Source: Macrostomum lignano
Lineage: Eukaryota
Direction of reading: 5' to 3'
Length of the DNA: 64,000 nucleotides
Assembly: GCA_002269645.1 (NCBI GenBank)
Contig: NIVC01000276.1
Location: forward strand, 237,427-301,426
Positions within the stretch are counted from its first letter, which is position 1. Every line of letters begins with the position of its first letter. A program made the translations under genes and the position numbers. Below, in pieces: positions 61,401-64,000 of this stretch. The notes below the pieces were generated by a model, which was not told the DNA's origin, made no database searches, and saw nothing but the letters and a program-made list of their open reading frames with translations.

Positions 61401-64000
61401 TGCCAGACAAATGCCTACTGATAACAGCCCTGTGAATATCGTGACTAACATTGAGAGGACTGTCGCAACACCTGTGGACTTGTACATTATCTATGCATTT
61501 GAGAGGAAGGTGAAGCTTAACATGATCAACAATTCATCCAGTAAAGTTTAAATATTTTTTTATGTGAAAAAAATGGAAGCGATTGCTGAAAGACTAAATA
61601 ATATTATTTCGCACTCCAAGGAGAGCATTCCTATTACAATAACTGGGCGAATTAATGACTCAAACGGATATTTATTCAAAAATTAGAGCAGGCGATTCGC
61701 CTGGATCCAGGTGCTAATTACCATGTCTATCTTAACGACTTCACTGGTTGGTCAAACGTTCCCAATGTGACGGCAGCAAATAATAAGTTTTATTACAAAT
61801 GGAAAGGTGCAGCAGCAGAACCTGTGGTATTCCCTGTGAGCACGCAAAGTGTGGATACCTACAATTACTTTCTAGAAAACGTCTTTACTAAAAGAGGCCA
61901 TTTTGAGACACCTGATATGAGTAAGCCAGAGAAGAAACTGTTCCCTGTTAAACTAACCTATGATCTCACTGTAATGAGAGTGGTCATGCAAGTTCACAAA
62001 GATGCGGAGGTTGAGTTTAAAGATGACACTTGGTATAGGGAATTGGGATTCGTGAAGAAAGTTTATAAGGCAGAATCCACAGCGCGGACTGTCACTCAAG
62101 CGACGGGGGCTGCTTATCATGGCCCGGGAAAGTGTACGCGGTTTGTTCTTAGCACCCAATATAGCAGACATTGTAAAGGGTTTGAATATTCTAATCAGAA
62201 CTAATCTCAGTCTTGATTGGGTATTTAAGGAAAGCGAACGAATATTTTGTACAACATCTCCAACTCTGTAGCTGGAGGACAGATGGTGGTAGAGAAACCA
62301 AATCCAGTGAAAAGAGTTGTATTGAGTAATAAGGAGATTCACGAGATTGTGCTACAGTTTGAGACTGAAGATGGGATGGGCGTTGATTTTAATGGGGAAG
62401 AGTTTGTATTGACGTTAATCATTGAGAGAATGTGAGAAATCACAATTGCCTAATGATTTCTGCAAAGTTATAGTAGCTGTCATAATCTTTTACATAGGTT
62501 ACTCCATACTTATGAAACCAATGTCTTTGGAGAGCTAGATTAATATTAGGGACATTGATTTGAACGTCGGGCCAATATTTTCTCATGTATTCGCTGCATT
62601 CAAGTTTGCATCGGTACTTACTCTTGTAATTAGGCTCGTGCGCTTTGTAATAAGAACCTGGAGAGACAACTGGAAACATTTTTATTGAGAATTTATTACT
62701 TTTTTTCAAAGGGTAAGGACCCTGCGCTGATGATTTAAAGTTTTAGGGATCTGGTTTCATGTTGCGAATTGAATGTGGGGATAAGAATGCAGATTATTTT
62801 CTGATTGTTTCGAAGATGCTATGGGTGGATGTCAGTGGATGATGTCTGTGTCAGTGAGCATAACGGGTATCAGTGGACACCTGCTCTGATTCTGTCAGGA
62901 TAATATGGATGGATTTAATAGGATTATGTTCGAAGTTTTCGGAGCAAGTGGCCCCTCCCCTTTTTCATGATTCTGTCAGGGATAATATGGATGGATTTAG
63001 GTGGATTATGGAGGACGTTTTGTGAGCGAGTGCGACCCCCTTTTTTCTGATTCTGTCAGGGATAATATGGATGGATTTAGGTGGATTATGGAGGATGTTT
63101 TGTGAGCGAGTGCGACCCCCCTTTTTTTCTGATTCTGTCAGGGATAATATGGATGGATTTAATGGGATTATGGAGGATGTGAAAAATTTTGTCCCAAAAG
63201 CCCCCTCATGCCTTCTACTTAGATGCCCAAACAAAGCAGCTAAGGACACCCAAACAAAACAGCCATAGACACCCAATCAAAGCAGCCAAGGACCCTTATC
63301 AAAGCAGCCAAGGACACCTTATCAAAGCAGCCAAGGACACCCAATCAAAGCAGCTAAGGACACCCAATCAAAGCAGCCAAGGACACCCAATCAAATCAAA
63401 GCAGCCAAGGACACCCAATCAAAGCAGCCAAGGACACCCAATCAAAGCAGCCATAGACGCCCAATCAAAGCAGCCATAGACACCCAAACAAAGCAGCTAA
63501 GGACACCCAATCAAAGCAGCAGGGACATTTAAAAAAAGCAGTCAAAACACCCAATCAAAGCAGCCATAGACACCCAATCAAAGCAGCAAGGACACCCAAT
63601 CAAAGCAGCCATAGACACCCAATCAATGCAGCCAAGGACACCCAATCAAAGCAGCCAAGGACACCCAATCAAAGCAGCCATAGACACCCAATCAATGCAG
63701 CCAAGGACACCCAATCAAAGCAGTCATAGACACCCTATCAAAGCAGCCATAGACACCCTATCAAAGCAGTCATAGATGCCCAAACAAAGCAACCCCAAGG
63801 ATATTCAACCCGACCGCCGCCCCGCCAGGTCGACCAGCACCAGTTGGTGCAAAAGACCATCGCAGCCATCGGCCAGCCCCGAACTGCAGCGCCGCAAAGC
63901 TACGAGTGCCTGGCCGTCCTGGACGCCGGACACCCCCAGCCGGAGTGCGACTCCGAGCTGGTGAAATTCTACGACAGCGAGATCACGGATGCGACTTCAA
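46458..64000 (+). CDS. Uncharacterised spliced host gene; exons 46458-46547 (possible ATG 46465), 50373-50510, 51541-51652, 63829->64000
   Basis: Three successive GT-AG junctions keep frame (phases 2, 2, 0): ..LGEST-AMVADDIPQALMNLLSCWMQVC..LGKD-NILFCILPESLW..VRMIK-VDQHQLVQKTIAAIG..; the last acceptor is the least certain. Confidence 0.6.
46665..47265. repeat. 20-24-bp minisatellite (GAGAGCTGAGATTTAAATGG) related to the adjacent 21-bp array
   Basis: Direct; shares the AGATTTAAAT core. Confidence 0.95.
47270..49965. repeat. 21-bp satellite (GAGTGCTCAGATTTAAATAGG), ~128 units
   Basis: Direct. Confidence 0.97.
50519..51498. repeat. Homogeneous 13-bp repeat (CCCAGATCCCGAT), ~75 units, starting 8 nt after a splice donor
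   Basis: Direct; no variant unit noticed. Confidence 0.97.
51730..51971 (+). repeat. ~23-bp intronic minisatellite (AAAGCAGCCAAGGACACCCAATC), left part; ends in TSD TAGATG (51966-51971)
   Basis: Same orientation as the continuation at 63220-63795. Confidence 0.93.
52016..52310. repeat. Subterminal ~82-bp direct repeats (~3.5 units), mirrored at ~62880-63175
   Basis: Unit CTCCATAATCCACCTAAATCCATCCATATTATCCCTGACAGAATCAG.. recurs at 52016, 52098, 52180. Confidence 0.85.
52487..52756 (+). CDS. Small element ORF (79-89 aa, Tyr/Lys-rich), unknown function
   Basis: Intact in both arms; convergent with the minor capsid gene. Confidence 0.45.
   Translation: MKKSNKFSIKMFPVVSPGSYYKAHEPNYKSKYRCKLECSEYMRKYWPDVQINVPNINLALQRHWFHKYGVTYVKDYDSYYNFAEIIRQL
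52761..53624 (-). CDS. Minor capsid (penton-like, single jelly-roll) protein, ~287 aa
   Basis: Beta-rich; C-terminal EIVLQFETEDGMGVDFNGEEFVLTLII typical of Polinton/PLV pentons; directly downstream of the major capsid gene. Confidence 0.75.
   Translation of the reverse strand: MEAIAERLNNIISHSKESIPITITGRINDSNGIFIQKLEQAIRLDPGANYHVYLNDFTGWSNVPNVTAANNKFYYKWKGAAAEPVVFPVSTQSVDTYNYFLENVFTKRGHFETPDMSKPEKKLFPVKLTYDLTVMRVVMQVHKDAEVEFKDDTWYRELGFVKKVYKAESTARTVTQATGAVIMARESVRGLFLAPNIADIVKGLNILIRTNLSLDWVFKGKRTNILYNISNSVAGGQMVVEKPNPVKRVVLSNKEIHEIVLQFETEDGMGVDFNGEEFVLTLIIERM
53646..54932 (-). CDS. Major capsid (double jelly-roll-like) protein, 428 aa
   Basis: Size and motifs (DDSTI, FVPLRFMSGF, IELYLEVIEP, PRYIII, LYP, YPMFGADVS) fit Maverick major capsid proteins; context with penton and ATPase. 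Confidence 0.8.
   Translation of the reverse strand: MNDPLTPVFYKINKPILSDDSTIKVTQVRVPSQENQNETNLGPGQTLTFTYNGCSSLVSVHSLKSGFHMTFQFKTKGGADAARANVDKHDADVALISNFWAYMFKEFSVSNGSTELERIANFGIVYDAHCLIENPDFIQLGSGAGFIADEKEGDTNDSGYKKRKKRYNYALQGADDAAKNPLYRSVDVFVPLRFMSGFCSTFNRLTSNFSYTFKMTRDDRSRVLWTGADHTRMEVKLTGIELYLEVIEPKTALKADYLKAIEKDIDVAYTAYMCRDERNKTRTNICIKEGSCSNPRYIIINMRNPNSIIRYMHGDVRSIQHEISDNLYPALPQNGDFSQNKISKFYSELVDLAVKENNGIAITALQYGTLYPMFGADVSARQMPTDNSPVNIVTNIERTVATPVDLYIIYAFERKVKLNMINNSSSKV
54963..56149 (+). CDS. Element protein split into 54963-55646 and 55622-56149; probably one ~395-aa protein joined by a -1 shift at the A8 run (55587-94)
   Basis: Second ORF has no ATG after its upstream stop; adding one A gives RFKKKYKYFKQWFGLPDQEE..; Gln/Pro-rich middle, helical C-terminus. 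Confidence 0.55.
56166..56555 (+). CDS. Small core/membrane-lytic-like virion protein, 129 aa
   Basis: GxG-hydrophobic motifs (KRGSG-L, RSGNG-L, KKGSG-F) and an amphipathic segment LADLIAQGAKIFKVIG; AAAAATG start context. Confidence 0.55.
   Translation: MPLIFEKDIDKYYDKEELNLIKRGSGLFPAGHYPRKERSGNGLADLIAQGAKIFKVIGENKENIKNVAEAAGSVATAAKKIKDTVTPKQEIQPPLAPLAPLAPNPDSVDPAVYEKMRASIKKGSGFKFD
56599..56723 (+). repeat. Six 21-bp direct repeats (AAGTCCCAAAATGACACATCT) at the inner end of the left arm; mirrored at 58485-58600
   Basis: Direct; the right copy has five units plus a partial sixth. Confidence 0.95.
56772..57572 (+). CDS. A32/FtsK-like DNA packaging ATPase, 266 aa (single copy, in the loop)
   Basis: Walker A VVGSSGSGKT, Walker B LIVFDDCM, YFTRGRHNNCNVIYIAQ (A32-type RGRH and Q motifs). 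Confidence 0.92.
   Translation: MDFSKDFNPHWTRNQIKFSHHESIPSHFRCIVVGSSGSGKTFRVFNMLLRPGFIDYDTLHIYSPTLYQDEYRMLISGLQNKLNKEDIIQCFNNQMSLPSNPEIVAAEYAKHLKDNEKWQNIKVFSYGDPQVDPKTKLLPHPDELEKGRKHLIVFDDCMTGPQKQIENYFTRGRHNNCNVIYIAQNWFELPNKTICGNCNLILLFPTIPQDRLKRFYNEFIAPAYFINPTKNSNRKISQEEFVNLCYDKWNQPYQFEIISKEKRTVI
57589..58395 (+). CDS. Coiled-coil protein with 28-aa and 12-aa internal repeats, 268 aa (single copy)
   Basis: Heptad-rich; 84-bp repeat (57964, 58048) and 36-bp repeats (~58272-58355). Confidence 0.65.
   Translation: MSINFAGESISGNSALTSAQISILDRRYINSDEEIPEIKLNKNRLKALLERSMHQLQINMEDLRLKVARQKFESDELFVPLSNATNELRSEITSIVSLINGLRSSVNLLGNSTDRRMRILEGGVFTNTAKVNNLEEFMNQSTVLHDRIKENVATNTGKVRNLEEFMTQSTSLHDRIKERLDAIKVYLDLIFTEWQKSLRRISRLEGVHNLPDIDTVEEAPQTTREISDPTDLTTDHEFREPTSLTTNPKFREPTGLFEIKCRMERIDK
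58644..59032 (-). pseudogene. Right-arm copy of the 129-aa ORF with a 1-nt deletion in a G run (~58883-86)
   Basis: Reverse complement of 56166-56555; 389 vs 390 nt. Confidence 0.8.
59049..60234 (-). pseudogene. Right-arm copy of the 54963-56149 ORF pair with an extra 1-nt deletion (~59864)
   Basis: Reverse complement; GGG vs GGGG at the NITG codons. Confidence 0.8.
60265..61551 (+). CDS. Major capsid protein, second intact copy (428 aa; R>L and K>E versus the left copy)
   Basis: Reverse complement of 53646-54932; differences at 61088 and 61102. Confidence 0.8.
   Translation: MNDPLTPVFYKINKPILSDDSTIKVTQVRVPSQENQNETNLGPGQTLTFTYNGCSSLVSVHSLKSGFHMTFQFKTKGGADAARANVDKHDADVALISNFWAYMFKEFSVSNGSTELERIANFGIVYDAHCLIENPDFIQLGSGAGFIADEKEGDTNDSGYKKRKKRYNYALQGADDAAKNPLYRSVDVFVPLRFMSGFCSTFNRLTSNFSYTFKMTRDDRSRVLWTGADHTRMEVKLTGIELYLEVIEPKTALKADYLKAIEKDIDVAYTAYMCLDERNETRTNICIKEGSCSNPRYIIINMRNPNSIIRYMHGDVRSIQHEISDNLYPALPQNGDFSQNKISKFYSELVDLAVKENNGIAITALQYGTLYPMFGADVSARQMPTDNSPVNIVTNIERTVATPVDLYIIYAFERKVKLNMINNSSSKV
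61573..62435 (+). pseudogene. Minor capsid, second copy, disrupted by a 1-nt insertion (~62113) and a 1-nt deletion (~62230)
   Basis: Reverse complement of 52761-53624. Confidence 0.75.
62440..62709 (-). CDS. Second copy of the small Tyr/Lys-rich ORF
   Basis: Identical translation to 52487-52756. Confidence 0.45.
   Translation of the reverse strand: MKKSNKFSIKMFPVVSPGSYYKAHEPNYKSKYRCKLECSEYMRKYWPDVQINVPNINLALQRHWFHKYGVTYVKDYDSYYNFAEIIRQL
63220..63795 (+). repeat. ~23-bp intronic minisatellite, right part, beginning with TSD TAGATG
   Basis: Same unit and orientation as 51730-51971. Confidence 0.93.

Larger units (their letters stand above)
51972..63219. mobile_element. Palindromic, non-autonomous Polinton/Maverick-like endogenous viral element, 11,248 bp
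   Basis: Ends 5'-AGTAGAAGG...CCTTCTACT-3'; exact 6-bp TSD TAGATG (51966-71, 63220-25); inverted arms 51972-~56714 and ~58485-63219; capsid-like and packaging ATPase genes. Confidence 0.92.

Noticed and set aside
51972-63219. Palindrome as a fold-back read or assembly artefact
   Set aside because: A fold-back chimera would also invert the flanks. Here both flanks continue the same satellite in direct orientation, there is an exact 6-bp TSD, a 1.77-kb unique loop, and apparent substitutions between arms. Read-level confirmation is still needed.

Overview
Eukaryotic (animal) genomic DNA: GC-rich spliced exons, GT-AG introns packed with tandem repeats, and several transposons. The style recalls a free-living flatworm such as Macrostomum, but that is inference only. 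Host genes: GDPD1-like phosphodiesterase, a Cys-loop ion channel subunit, a Ly6/three-finger GPI protein, an otopetrin, a putative PAN+LamG secreted protein and several orphan ORFs. Mobile DNA: one young full-length Ty3/Gypsy element (196-bp LTRs, CTTTG TSD), two damaged Gypsy elements and a piggyBac fragment. The standout is an 11,248-bp Polinton/Maverick-like endogenous viral element (51972-63219) with AG...CT ends and an exact 6-bp TSD (TAGATG). It is almost entirely a palindrome: two ~4.74-kb gene-bearing inverted arms around a ~1.77-kb unique loop. It encodes only virion-type genes (major capsid x2, minor capsid x2, core-like proteins x2, one packaging ATPase, one coiled-coil protein). 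No DNA polymerase, integrase or protease was recognised. It sits in an intronic minisatellite of a host gene, and it looks like an integrated copy-back defective genome or a helper-dependent structural segment. All calls were made by eye without database searches. Scattered 1-nt indels may be long-read consensus errors.
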